DNA of 43,390 bases from Octopus bimaculoides (Eukaryota). Below, piece by piece: positions 13,366 through 24,694 of the stretch. Every line of letters starts with the position of its first letter. Positions within the stretch are counted from its first letter, which is position 1. Location: contig NC_068989.1 of assembly GCF_001194135.2 (NCBI RefSeq), positions 63,112,312 through 63,155,701 of the forward strand, read 5' to 3'. The translations under genes and the position numbers were made by a program. Below the pieces are notes generated by a model, which made no database searches, had not been told where the DNA came from, and saw only the letters and a list, made by a program, of their open reading frames with translations.

Positions 13366-13915
13366 ACATCTGTTGGGTTAACGAAAGATTCTGCTCAGTT
13401 CTTTCAGTGATAATTTGATGCAGTTCTTTTTTTATAACGCTATTTATTCAATCAATATTATAATTGCAGTTCTTTGCCAGCATCTTCTGACATATTGTGG
13501 CCAAATTTGTTATTCCTTGCTCAAAGAATTTCCTGTTTTACAGGCGAAAATCTTTCACGTGAAATTTTACATCCTCTTCAGAAATTGATGACTACCCTTT
13601 CAAAGAAGTGTTTGAAGTGATTGAGACAGGTGGAAATCCGTAGGCGGAAAGTTCGGCGAATATGTAGGATGCATAGCCAATTTGCAACAATTTTTGTCGC
13701 CTCTGTAAGGAAGTGTGCGGTCTAATAATGTCATGATGGGAAGAAGCTCGTTTAAATGCATTGCTCTTCCATTCCTATCAAACTAAAAGCATAAACTTTG
13801 GGTGAATTCCTGGTTCGGTGATTATTTATGGTGGTGCGTCTTGCATTTCGTCTTATTGTTTGCGCCTCACATCGTTTAGACGATGCATTTTCGTCATATA
13901 TCCTTTCAAAAGGAT
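13366..13915 (-). mobile_element. mariner transposase relic (C-terminal half, internally deleted)
   Basis: The minus strand reads EPGIHPK.ML...ELLP, then HHDIIRPHTSLQRRQKLLQIG (HHDNARPH), a decayed YSP-like segment and FFEQGITNLATI.QKML. A TIR-like end lies next to TA at about 13366-13405. Confidence 0.8.
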
Positions 13916-13917
13916 AT

Positions 13918-13965
<48 letters not shown>
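13918..13965. repeat. (TAG)n microsatellite
   Basis: 16 units directly visible. Confidence 0.98.
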
Positions 13966-14119
13966 GCGCAGGCGCAGACGGTGTGAGCGTTCGTCTAGAT
14001 TTCTAGCGGGGGTTTTAATTCATATATCTATAGTGTGTGTGTGTGGAGGTGGGGGGTTGTGTGCCTAATAGTAGAGCATGCCCACCCACCCTCGGACTGA
14101 GTTTAGAGGTGTGTTTTTT

Positions 14120-14755
14120 AAGCCTCATATTTGCTTTGAATTTAATTTGCTGAGAGAAGCTGTTAGCAGCTACTGCCTTGTAATAGTGTGTAACGTGGCT
14201 ATTAAAGATAACCTCCGTGGCTGAGAGATCCGATATCCAAATACATATGCCTTTGATTTCACTATTAGAGGCAGATTTATGGTGATTAGAGTTTATGCTA
14301 ATGTATCTGAGGTTTATGGCAGGGGGAATATAACGAAGATGTTAAATCTAAAGTAACATCTAGAAAAATGTCTGTTTTGTGTTTTCAAACGTGATAGCTA
14401 AATCTAAATTAGCTACGACTCTTTCCTAGTCTTCTGTAACGCGGGTCTATATAGGTCGATAGTAACTAACAATGCATCCTCCCTATATAAATACTGCTTG
14501 ATGTTAGGGATATACATGTAGAATCGCTGGAGGAGGTACAGTCTGAGCAGATCCATGACCTGAGCGGATTCAGTGGAGCCTATGGTTATATCGAAGAAAT
14601 TGTTACTATTATCATTATTATTGATGGTAGCTCGGCACCGAAGCTTTATATCGAAGATGATTGTCTTCCGGACAGTTAGAATTACGTCTATTTCTAAGGA
14701 TGTCAGGTTAGTTAGGGTTTTAGCTAAAATGAGACCTTTGTTAATTCGTTTATAT
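14120..14755 (-). mobile_element. Penelope-like element, reverse transcriptase fragment (pseudogene)
   Basis: ORF 14413-14970(-) contains VRKTIIF...FFDITIGSTESAQVMDLLRLYLL...YLYREDALLV (cf. PLE FDVTMGS.DGAE..ELVGLY.L and GLYRDDGL). It continues after stops as F.DVTLDL...YISINSNH...ISDLS. Confidence 0.85.
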
Positions 14756-14925
14756 ATATNNNNNNNNNNNNNNNNNNNNNNNNNNNNNNNNNNNNNNNNN
14801 NNNNNNNNNNNNNNNNNNNNNNNNNNNNNNNNNNNNNNNNNNNNNNNNNNNNNNNNNNNNNNNNNNNNNNNNNNNNNNNNNNNNNNNNNNNNNNNNNNNN
14901 NNNNNNNNNNNNNNNNNNNNNNNNN

Positions 14926-14961
<36 letters not shown>

Positions 14962-16198
14962 TATATGCATATATATTTATATTATATGTATGATGCAACA
15001 GACGCTCCACATAATTGTTGTGTATGTAATAATGATAGAGAATATCTGAACTTTGGAAGACACAATCCAAAAGGATAATAATTCCATCAGGTCTTTTTTA
15101 CTATAAATAATTTTCTTTTCCTATTCCTTGTTCTCTACACTTGACTGACTGAAGAGCACACAGAGATACTGAAGCCAGAACCGTAAGCTGTAAAAGGTCA
15201 ACGTCATTACTTTTCGTGTGATTTTAACTTTCCATTTGCAATCTCGGATTCGTTTCTTACTCCCATTCATCGCTTCAGCGTCTTAGCATGAGATAACAAA
15301 TGCTCTGTATTTGGTGCTTTCTAATTTAACCACCCACTCACACACGCACCCACGCACACACGCAAACACACATACGCATACAGGAAAACATATTTACATA
15401 GACTTATATATGTCTGTCTGTATATATANNNNNNNNNNNNNNNNNNNNNNNNNNNNNNNNNNNNNNNNNNNNNNNNNNNNNNNNNNNNNNNNNNNNNNNN
15501 NNNNNNNNNNNNNNNNNNNNNNNNNNNNNNNNNNNNNNNNNNNNNNNNNNNNNNNNNNNNNNNNNNNNNNNNNNNNNNNNNNNNNNNNNNNNNNNNNNNN
15601 NNNNNNNNNNNNNNNNNNNNNNNNNNNNNNNNNNNNNNNNNNNNNNNNNNNNNNNNNNNNNNNNNNNNNNNNNNNNNNNNNNNNNNNNNNNNNNNNNNNN
15701 NNNNNNNNNNNNNNNNNNNNNNNNNNNNNNNNNNNNNNNNNNNNNTATATAGATACATATATATGGATACGCCCGTGTGTACATGAATACACACGAACGA
15801 ACAAACATACATACACATATATATATATGCGCGTACAAACATATGTCCTCACATACATAGATACACACATATATACATACATATGTGTGGTTTTGTGTGG
15901 TTGGGTGTGTAGTGTGCGCAAATAACTTCGTATTGCATGTCTACACCCACTCTTTTAATGAACCTGCTCTGCTGGATACGAATGTTTTGATAATGGAAAA
16001 CAGGAGAAAATGGCATTCAATCAACAATTCTGTAAATCAAGATCCCAAGCAGAGAGGATTTTCGGGAAATTTTTCTATGTAATAAAATTGAAAAATGGAT
16101 ACCTGGCTCGACATGTCTTTCTTTTCTTCCTCTTTCTTCTAACACTTCTATTTCATTTTCTTCTTTGTCTATTTATTTCTCTTCTTCCTAGTTTTCCT

Positions 16199-16577
16199 CA
16201 TCCTCATCATTACCGTTATCATCATCATCATCATCATCAAAATCATCATTGGCGTCGTCGTCGTTATCATCATCATCATTACCATCATCACCACCGCTAT
16301 GATAGCAACATTATATTATTCTTTGAATCTTCTCTTCCTTTCCTCCTGCTACTGCTTCTAGTTTACCTGTTTCTTCTTTCTTCTTCTTCTTCTTATTATT
16401 CATCTTCTTCTTCATCTTCTTCTTTTTCATCTTCTTCTTCTTCTTCTTCTTCTTCTTCTTCTTCTTCTTCTTCTTCTTCTTCTTCTGCTTCTTCCCTTCC
16501 TCTTCTTCTTCTTCTTCTTCTTCTTCTTTTTTCTTCTTCTTCTTCTTCTTCTTCGTCTTCTTCTTCTTCTTGTTTTC

Positions 16578-16609
<32 letters not shown>

Positions 16610-16769
16610 CTTCTTCTTCTTGTTTTCTACTACTTCTTCTTCTTCTTCTTCTTCTTCTCCTCCTCCTCCTCCTTCCTTTTCCTCCTCCTTCATTTTCCTC
16701 CTCCTTCCTTTTCCTCCTCCTCCTCCTCCTTTCTTTTTCTCTTCTTCCCTTCTAATAATTCTTCACCCT

Positions 16770-16817
<48 letters not shown>
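16199..16817. repeat. Compound trinucleotide array (TCA)n-(TCG)-(CTT)n-(CCT)n-(CTA)n
   Basis: Directly visible. It includes roughly 400 nt of near-pure pyrimidine on the + strand. Confidence 0.97.
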
Positions 16818-17843
16818 TCTTGTGCGATAAACTCAGTCCGAATAATGTAATTATAATGCGATACCTGCATAGAATTTTGGACACCAGTAGCGATAAGAAG
16901 TCTCTAACATGTTTAAAATACCTGTTCATCTATTGTTTTAATGACCAGAAACGTATTAATGGTAAACCGTGTCTCTATGTCTTGGGTCCACTTAAGCACT
17001 TTTCAGCTATTATATAAGAAATCTACACAGTAGGAATTCCGTTTTCAAATCACTCGTAATCTACAGAGTTCAGTTTTTCTATTATCTGTATTATTGTAAT
17101 GGTGGTCGCCGATGTATTGTATCGAAAATCGCTTTTGGAATAAAACTGTTTTCTCCCACTGGGGTGATAATCATTTCGATAATACATTCGATATTCATAG
17201 AGTAACTAGTAAGAATGTGTGTACCCTCGGTTTACATATAAACACAAAGAGAAATCTCACTATATACATATTCATCTATACCAAAACACTACATGTATAT
17301 ATATNNNNNNNNNNNTGTATGTATGTATGTATGTATAAGAAGAGAGCGCAAAATAATGAAAGAGAGACAATTAATGTAAGAGATAGTAAGAAGAGAGAGA
17401 ATGCGTTAAAATACTACGCTTTTTTTATGCTACAGCTTTCTGAAAATGTTTGGGTTTTATTTGTTATCGCCTCTATGTCTGTTTTTAATGTCTGTTTCTG
17501 TTTTATTTTTTCTAAAAGCTTGGGACGAAAAAAGGTAATATATAAGAATGTATTATACTTAAACCCCAGGTGATGGAACGAGATATTTAAATGTATTTCC
17601 CTTATCAACTCTTTCTGTAATGTTTGAAGAGAAGTTTGACATATATTAGTCATGGCTTTGAAGGTAGACTTGTTGCGTTAATTTAGTATTTTTATAAAGG
17701 TATGTTTGCTCAAATCTATTTGCTTACGTTAGTTACTGGTTCAAACGTCAACATACTTGCTTCTATTATCGTATCGTGCTAGAACAAAATTTGGACGGTT
17801 TATGGCAGACGCTTGGAATGCGCACATGCACACTCGTGCAAAT

Positions 17844-17879
<36 letters not shown>

Positions 17880-17880
17880 A

Positions 17881-18795
17881 CGTAGGGTTACCCAAATTTA
17901 ACCGAAAACTTTCTCTGGAGGACGAGAATGAATATATCACGAAAATTCCTTAATTACTTTTGGAAGACAGTCACCGAACATTTGGTGAACTTGTTTATAC
18001 GACTGGTGTACGCTGGAGCTCCTACCAACGACGTTTGTGCAAGGAATTGCGAATGAAAAGAGTTGCAGTAGAAGGTGTGTCTCGCCTGCTCATAGAAAAT
18101 CAAAAGCAGTCACGACGGAATTCGTGTCATGAACGGAAAGAACACTCGGAAGTTGATCGGAACATATTTCCGAATGTCATCACTGGTGACGAAAGCTGGT
18201 GTAACGGCCACAACCCGGAAACGGAGCAGCAATCAAGTCAATGTAAGCATTCAGTGGCACCACGCCCCCAAAAGCGCATTATGTGAAGTCCAACATCAAG
18301 ATAATCTTAATATCTTTCAGCGATGCAGGAGAAATTGTCCACACAGAATTTGTTCCTCCTGGCTAAACTCCTAACCAGACATTTTACTTGGCAGTTCTGA
18401 AGCATCTGCGTGACGCTGTGAAACGAGACTCCCGACTTATGGGAAAGTGAAAAATGATGGTTTCATCACGGCAATGCGCCTGCGCCCTGCGCCCTGAGTG
18501 TGAGATAGATTTGGCCCAAAATAGCCTGATAGTGCCTACCCACACTTCCTATTCACCTCATCTTGCTTCCTGCAACTTTTTTTCTGTTGCTTCGAAAGAA
18601 AAAAGTCATTAAAGGAAAACGATTTGTTGATGTGGAGGAGGTGAAGATAAATGATCACGAGGCGTTAAAAGGCATCAATTCGCAACAGTCCCACGACTGC
18701 TTCGAACAGTTAAAACAGGATACTTTCAAAGCGATACATGCGTAAACATGTACAACTAAGTGAATAAAATCCGGTTTCTTTTGGGTCCACCCTCG
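17881..18795 (+). mobile_element. Non-autonomous mariner (DD34D-type) element with both TIRs and TA flanks
   Basis: The left end TA|CGTAGGGTTACCCAAATTTAACCG resembles the right end, whose reverse complement is TA|CGAGGGTGGACCCAAAAGAAACCG. Peptides: MKRVAVEGVSRLL, VITGDESWC (first D), HGNAPAP (second-D site), SYSPHLASCNFFL and IKGKRFVDVEEVK. There are multiple frameshifts and stops. Confidence 0.92.
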
Positions 18796-19036
18796 TATAT
18801 ATNNNNNNNNNNNNNNNNNNNNNNNNNNNNNNNNNNNNNNNNNNNNNNNNNNNNNNNNNNNNNNNNNNNNNNNNNNNNNNNNNNNNNNNNNNNNNNNNNN
18901 NNNNNNNNNNNNNNNNNNNNNNNNNNNNNNNNATATATATACATATATCATATATACTTATATATAATATATATATTATGTATGTATATATGTATATATG
19001 TATGTATATATATGTATGTTTGTATGTATGTATGTA

Positions 19037-19700
19037 CAGGGTGCGGTGAATAAATTGTCGCAAAGATGAAAGTAACACTGACATTTTAAAAGATATATAT
19101 ATATAAATGATATAATTTAAAAGATATATTTAGCAAAATTCCATAAGAATATCTTGAAATACTAAAGAGTAAATTCGCAATTGGCTCCAACCATAGCCTC
19201 AGAAAACTTTTTGGAATCTTCTGCAACTCTTCTGGACGGTCCCCTTATTTAAGTTGATGAATGCTGCCATAATCTTTGCCTTCAGTTCACCTTTGGTGTT
19301 GCAAGGAATTTTGTTGGTCTCCCGCTAAACTGCACTCTACACATGATAATCAAGAGGATTGCAGTCTGGTGAATTTGGTGGCCAGATTTTAGGGGAGGTG
19401 TGGTCGCAGAAATTTTAAGGGAGGTGTGGTCGTAGAAATTGTCTGACTGGGTTCTTCCTCTATTGTGGCATGGTGCAGAATTCTCTTGCCAGATTTAGGG
19501 TCTTCCGGCACTACCTCCTGCAGGAACTTGTTGTACGCCTCTCTATTCAGTCTAAGGCCTTGTGGGACGATGAATGTAAGCATAACGTCGCCATCACTAG
19601 TGATCAATCCAAACACAATGATGTTGACTGGATGTTTGATTTTTATCACACTTGGTACATGCCCTCATATTGCACTGTGTGTGTATGTGTTCATGGTAAA
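19037..19700 (-). mobile_element. Tc1/mariner-superfamily relic, probably DD37D (maT/mori-like) type
   Basis: KIKHPVNIIVFGLITSDGDVMLTFIVPQGLRLNREAY (ORF 19389-19649), then IWPPNSPDCNPLDY...ETNKIPCNTKGELKAKI. A TIR-like end TA|CAGGGTGCGGTGAATAAATTGTCGC lies at 19037. Only one end was found. Confidence 0.85.
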
Positions 19701-22671
19701 TGAAAGACGGAAGCTGGAATATACTAGACCTTTTATTATTAATCTCGACAATTGTTTCGACACATCTAGTATCGATTCCTCACAGGTGGTGCAGATGTGC
19801 CTCATCGGGAGATAAATAGATACAACTCGTTAACAGTGCCGCCGTATATCTTCTCATTTCGTAGAAAGAAAGGCAGCAAAATGGAGGAAATATATTCATC
19901 TATATAGAAGATCAAAAATAAAATCACAGATGCAAAAAGGAAACGAATTCGCAATACATCGACAAAAGTAATAAAAATAACCGTTAACATATATCGATGT
20001 ATAAACGCCCTCGAACAAGTTGCATGGCGCGTGCACTTATACAAGCATCCTTGAAAAAGTAAGCATACACAGACGTGTGGTTTTGTGCCCTCACAATCAC
20101 AAAACGAGTTCAATAGTTACTTGCAGTTTATAAGGATGAGATCATTTGACAAGAATGTGCGATCAGTGAAAACTAATGCAATTTAAAATAAAATCAACAG
20201 AATTCGACATTTAATTAATGTTTATGTTATTTTAGATTTAAACCTCAGAAAAAGAAAAAAAAAACAGAAGGCATTATATGACTTTGATCTCAATTCGACA
20301 GATGTCTCAAGATCCGAGAAGAATAATGGTTTGGAAGATGCATAAAATATTTTTATGAAACGAAAGCTGCAATTTAGACATTCTTTCATCGCAGAAAAGG
20401 TTGATATCAACTAATTTACAATTAAACTTGAGTGATGGAAACTGTTATTGCATCACCAAAGAAAATATTTTAGGCAATCAGTTTAATTGTCTCTGTCGAA
20501 GTTGATTGTTTTCCAGTGAAGCGATTCTCGAAACAAGCGGCACTTAATTTCTAAGTGAATGAAACACGTGCTCACACAGAAACACGCACACACACACACG
20601 CGCGCGCGCGCACACACACAAACACACACATCATACATACACACCTCACGGTCCCTCACAAACATTCACTCACGTGGATGTTCATATATATATATATGAT
20701 AAATAAATTCAAAAAAGGATAAAACTCTTTTACAAGAATTTTATCAAGAAGCCAGTGTGTAAAAAAATTCATAAGGGAAATTTCTATTCCCAAGAATATA
20801 ATTATTCGTTTATATTTATATAAAGTGCATTATTACAGAAAAATAATAAATCTAGATTCATTCTAGTAATCGCAAAATCGGTCGATACATAATTAAGTTT
20901 ATTTAAAAGAAAGTTGGTCATCTTCTGCTGGTTGTTTTTTCCTCGCATTAGGTACTAAAAGTGGTTATTTTGAGAAGTCCACTGTGTGGCGTTATTATTT
21001 TTCTGTAATAATGCGCTTTATATAAATATAAACGAATATATATATATATATANNNNNNNNNNNNNNNNNNNNNNNNNNNNNNNNNNNNNNNNNNNNNNNN
21101 NNNNNNNNNNNNNNNNNNNNNNNNNNNNNNNNNNNNNNNNNNNNNNNNNNNNNNNNNNNNNNNNNNNNNNNNNNNNNNNNNNNNNNNNNNNNNNNNNNNN
21201 NNNNNNNNNNNNNNNNNNNNNNNNNNNNNNNNNNNNNNNNNNNNNNNNNNNNNNNNNNNNNNNNNATATATATATATATATATATATAAACACTTAAATG
21301 CAAATAAATGCGAAAGCGTGCGTTTACACACAATTATATCCGAATAAACGAGCTAAAGCCTAATAACCACTTACTTCATATGCTGAAGCATAAATTCATT
21401 TTCATCTCAATAAACTTTTAAACTTGAAGCCTTTATATATTAAATTGTTACCGACGACTAAACGAAATTTACTCTTTAACACAGAGACCGCAATATACTA
21501 CCGCTAATGCTATATCGACCCCAACAAGGGAGAATACATATAGATCTAGTCAACGTTTTATTCAGAATATACGGTTAATATTTTCTAGATACTACAATCA
21601 CTCAATGACTTTGGAGTTCAATTATTGATTAATAACTGAATATATTTCTGGCGTCCAAATTCATGTTTCATTACTGCTGTTATTATACACACAACACGAC
21701 TGTGTAGAGCCCTGTTGGCCGTGCACATAAGGAAACGCCAGAGTCTTACCTGTCATCATTTCCTTATAACTAAAGTAGAGTAGCGAGTAGAGCAACGGAA
21801 GTACAGCCACACCAGAATCGGTCGACATGCAAAAATTAGCAGCCACATTTTCCTCAAATTTCTCTCTGATATCTTAATTAGAACAGATTGCCTGCATACC
21901 CTCGCCTATTATATCGTCATTGTTTGTGATTGAAATGATAGTTGCATATTGTTTCATATGTTTACTTGGCCGGTACAATTTTTAGCGAGAGAAGTGAAGT
22001 CTACTATGATGTTCCTTCAGGCATTTTGGCTCATCAGTCAAGAAAATTTGCTCTACAATCCTCTCTCATTTGTCCATTTATATCTCATGTTTCCTCGCGT
22101 GCTTTCCATAGAGAACAAGTATTATAAGCACTCGTCGAAATTTCAAATCTATTGTATACATATTTGTACATATTTTGTATGTCTGTACATATATATGTAC
22201 AGACATACGTCTATGGTTCTGTTTCTGCTTGCTTTACGTATTTCCAAAGTTAATTCTTTAGTATGTTTTATTTTATTTAGCTGTCACATCATATGTTAGT
22301 TTCATTTTAACCATTAAATTCGTCTAGAGTCTAGACGGATGTAATTACTAAGTTTAGCCTCTAGGGTATTAAGTGTATTATGGAACAGGACGTCAATGTA
22401 TCTTAGTAATTGACGTTTTCGTTATAACAACCATATTACGCCTATTTGTAACAGAGTGGATAATCTCGCACATTGACTCGTGACTCGTCTATAAAAATGT
22501 ATGAAAACTTTACTTAAGTAAGATTTATTTAATGGTGTCTCTTAGGTATATATTCTCTAAATTTTTATTTCGCAAAATATCTTCTCTTGCGAAAGTTTCT
22601 TTGTTAGACAAAATTTCCAGCAACATACTTTCAGAGTTAAGAAATTTATTAGTCAATATATATATAAATAT

Positions 22672-22704
<33 letters not shown>

Positions 22705-23131
22705 NNNNNNNNNNNNNNNNNNNNNNNNNNNNNNNNNNNNNNNNNNNNNNNNNNNNNNNNNNNNNNNNNNNNNNNNNNNNNNNNNNNNNNNNNNNNNNNN
22801 NNNNNNNNNNNNNNNNNNNNNNNNNNNNNNNNNNNNNNNNNNNNNNNNNNNNNNNNNNNNNNNNNNNNNNNNNNNNNNNNNNNNNNNNNNNNNNNNNNNN
22901 NNNNNNNNNNNNNNNNNNNNNNNNNNNNNNNNNNNNNNNNNNNNNNNNNNNNNNNNNNNNNNNNNNNNNNNNNNNNNNNNNNNNNNNNNNNNNNNNNNNN
23001 NNNNNNNNNNNNNNNNNNNNNNNNNNNNNNNNNNNNNNNNNNNNNNNNNNNNNNNNNNNNNNNNNNNNNNNNNNNNNNNNNNNNNNNNNNNNNNNNNNNN
23101 NNNNNNNNNNNNNNNNNNNNNNNNNNNNNNN

Positions 23132-23150
23132 ATGGATGGATGGATGGATG

Positions 23151-23198
<48 letters not shown>
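23132..23198. repeat. (GATG)n(GATA)n microsatellite
   Basis: Directly visible. Confidence 0.97.
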
Positions 23199-23574
23199 TT
23201 TAAATAGATAGATATCAAAACAGTTTGATCCAGACTCTTTGGTATACTAAGTTTTATGCGTGGGGCTAAACGTCGGCCATTGGTTCTGAATGAAAGTTCG
23301 ATTGAAGAGAGTCAATGTTTATTACTGGACGTTAAGTTTGCGATTGGTCGAGAAAGGTTACGCGGTATAGCAATTTGATGTCCGTATTTTGATGAAAAAC
23401 ACTGCATGGACAATAGAAAATCGACTGCATGGTGGACAAGAAATCGGTCGTGTGGTTGGTTGGGAGGAAGTAGGAAGGGGCAGTAGATGTGAAGGTGCAT
23501 ATGTATATATGCACATGAATATGCCCATATATCTACGTGTATGTATCCGTGCTTTTACGAGTGTGTATGTACAA

Positions 23575-23608
<34 letters not shown>

Positions 23609-23804
23609 TCTCACACACGCGCGTGTACATCGTAATCTTCATGTACACATGAATACGAGCACTCGTATACACGCGCGCTCACACAAGTGCACACATGTAC
23701 ATATATGCATGCGCACGGGTATACATATAGACGTGCACGTGTGTACTTGTACGCCTGCGCACAAAGTTCGTGCGCATGCGTTCGGTGAGCAGATGCGCAG
23801 TCAC

Positions 23805-23866
23805 GCACATGCACGAGCGCACATGCACGAGCGCACATGCACGAGCGCACATGCACGAGCGCACAT
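23805..23866. repeat. 14-bp minisatellite (GCACATGCACGAGC)x4.4
   Basis: Four perfect units plus 6 nt, inside a purine-pyrimidine alternating tract. Confidence 0.95.
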
Positions 23867-24059
23867 ATACTCGTGTGGTCATGCACAAAGTGTGATATAC
23901 AAGGGGTGAGAGTATGCGAGTAGACATGCATGGAAAAGCGTTGGGGGTTGGTGATTTACAGTACCGTTAAAGGTGGTTAATTTGTGACGGTGATCTTGGA
24001 GAAGATTGTGCTAGATGTGAATTGTATTAAGAAGGTACATCCGGGTTGTCGGTGAGCAG

Positions 24060-24694
24060 TGGCTTGAAATTTACCAAAGAGTGTACCTCTGCTGACAGCA
24101 ATACGATACCTCATATTTCTTGTTGATGAATACTCCGGGTTGGTAAATGATATGCAGCTTTTCGCAGAGACGTAGTTAGCAATTAGGGGTGCCAGGTGAA
24201 TATGGTGGCGCCCTGTAGATAATAGTCCACTTAAAGTTGGGTGTTTCGTCTCGGAGGTCATGAAATCTCCAGAGAAAACGTGACAGGGACATCGAGTTCT
24301 CACTATCCCTGGATCTAAATGAATTTTAAGTGCTGAAAACATCCTCTCTTGAAGTCAGTAGCTGCTATTCCCGTGTAGTGCATACCCGTGTAGGGAGGCA
24401 CTGTATACTACAGCTCTTGAGAGGCAGGATCCTCCTAGAGGGCAATTGGTAGGGTTTTGGGAACTGCAGATTGAGGTTGGAGGTTTTGTGGGTACGTTTT
24501 TCCGTCTTTTGATGCGTGCTGTGTTGGATGCAATGCTGTCTAAGCAGGAGCAGGTTACCTTAATTTTATGGGGGTTGAAGAGTTTGTAATAGTTATGGCC
24601 TCTGGAGAATGTTTCGTTATTGACGACAAGTAGTCCCTGGCTACAATGTTAGAAGCTTGTAGAGAAAATTGAGAAGAAAAAATACATACTGGAT
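24060..24694 (-). mobile_element. Penelope-like element, linker plus GIY-YIG endonuclease region (pseudogene)
   Basis: Across frameshifts the minus strand reads FSRGHNYYKLFNPHKIKVTCSC...NCPL..SCLSRAVVYSA...YTGIAATDFKR...SLSRFLW...FKWTIIYRAPPYSPGTPNC*LRLCEKLHII. This follows the PLE pattern (KVSYSC, CPL.G.CL...VVY.A, YIG....FK.R, LSKYIW, C.LC..EK..I). The fragment runs into the N-gap at 24695. Confidence 0.88.

Noticed and set aside
15150-15200. CTGAAGAG as a hammerhead core
   Set aside because: No properly placed GAAA box or pairing stems.
16010-17017. 335-aa ORF with poly-H/S/L/F/T
   Set aside because: It stays open only because the triplet repeats lack stops in this frame, and it has no domain-like content.
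14120-24694. A single Penelope element spanning both the RT and GIY-YIG fragments
   Set aside because: The domain order on the minus strand is reversed and the fragments are about 9 kb apart with unrelated TEs between them.
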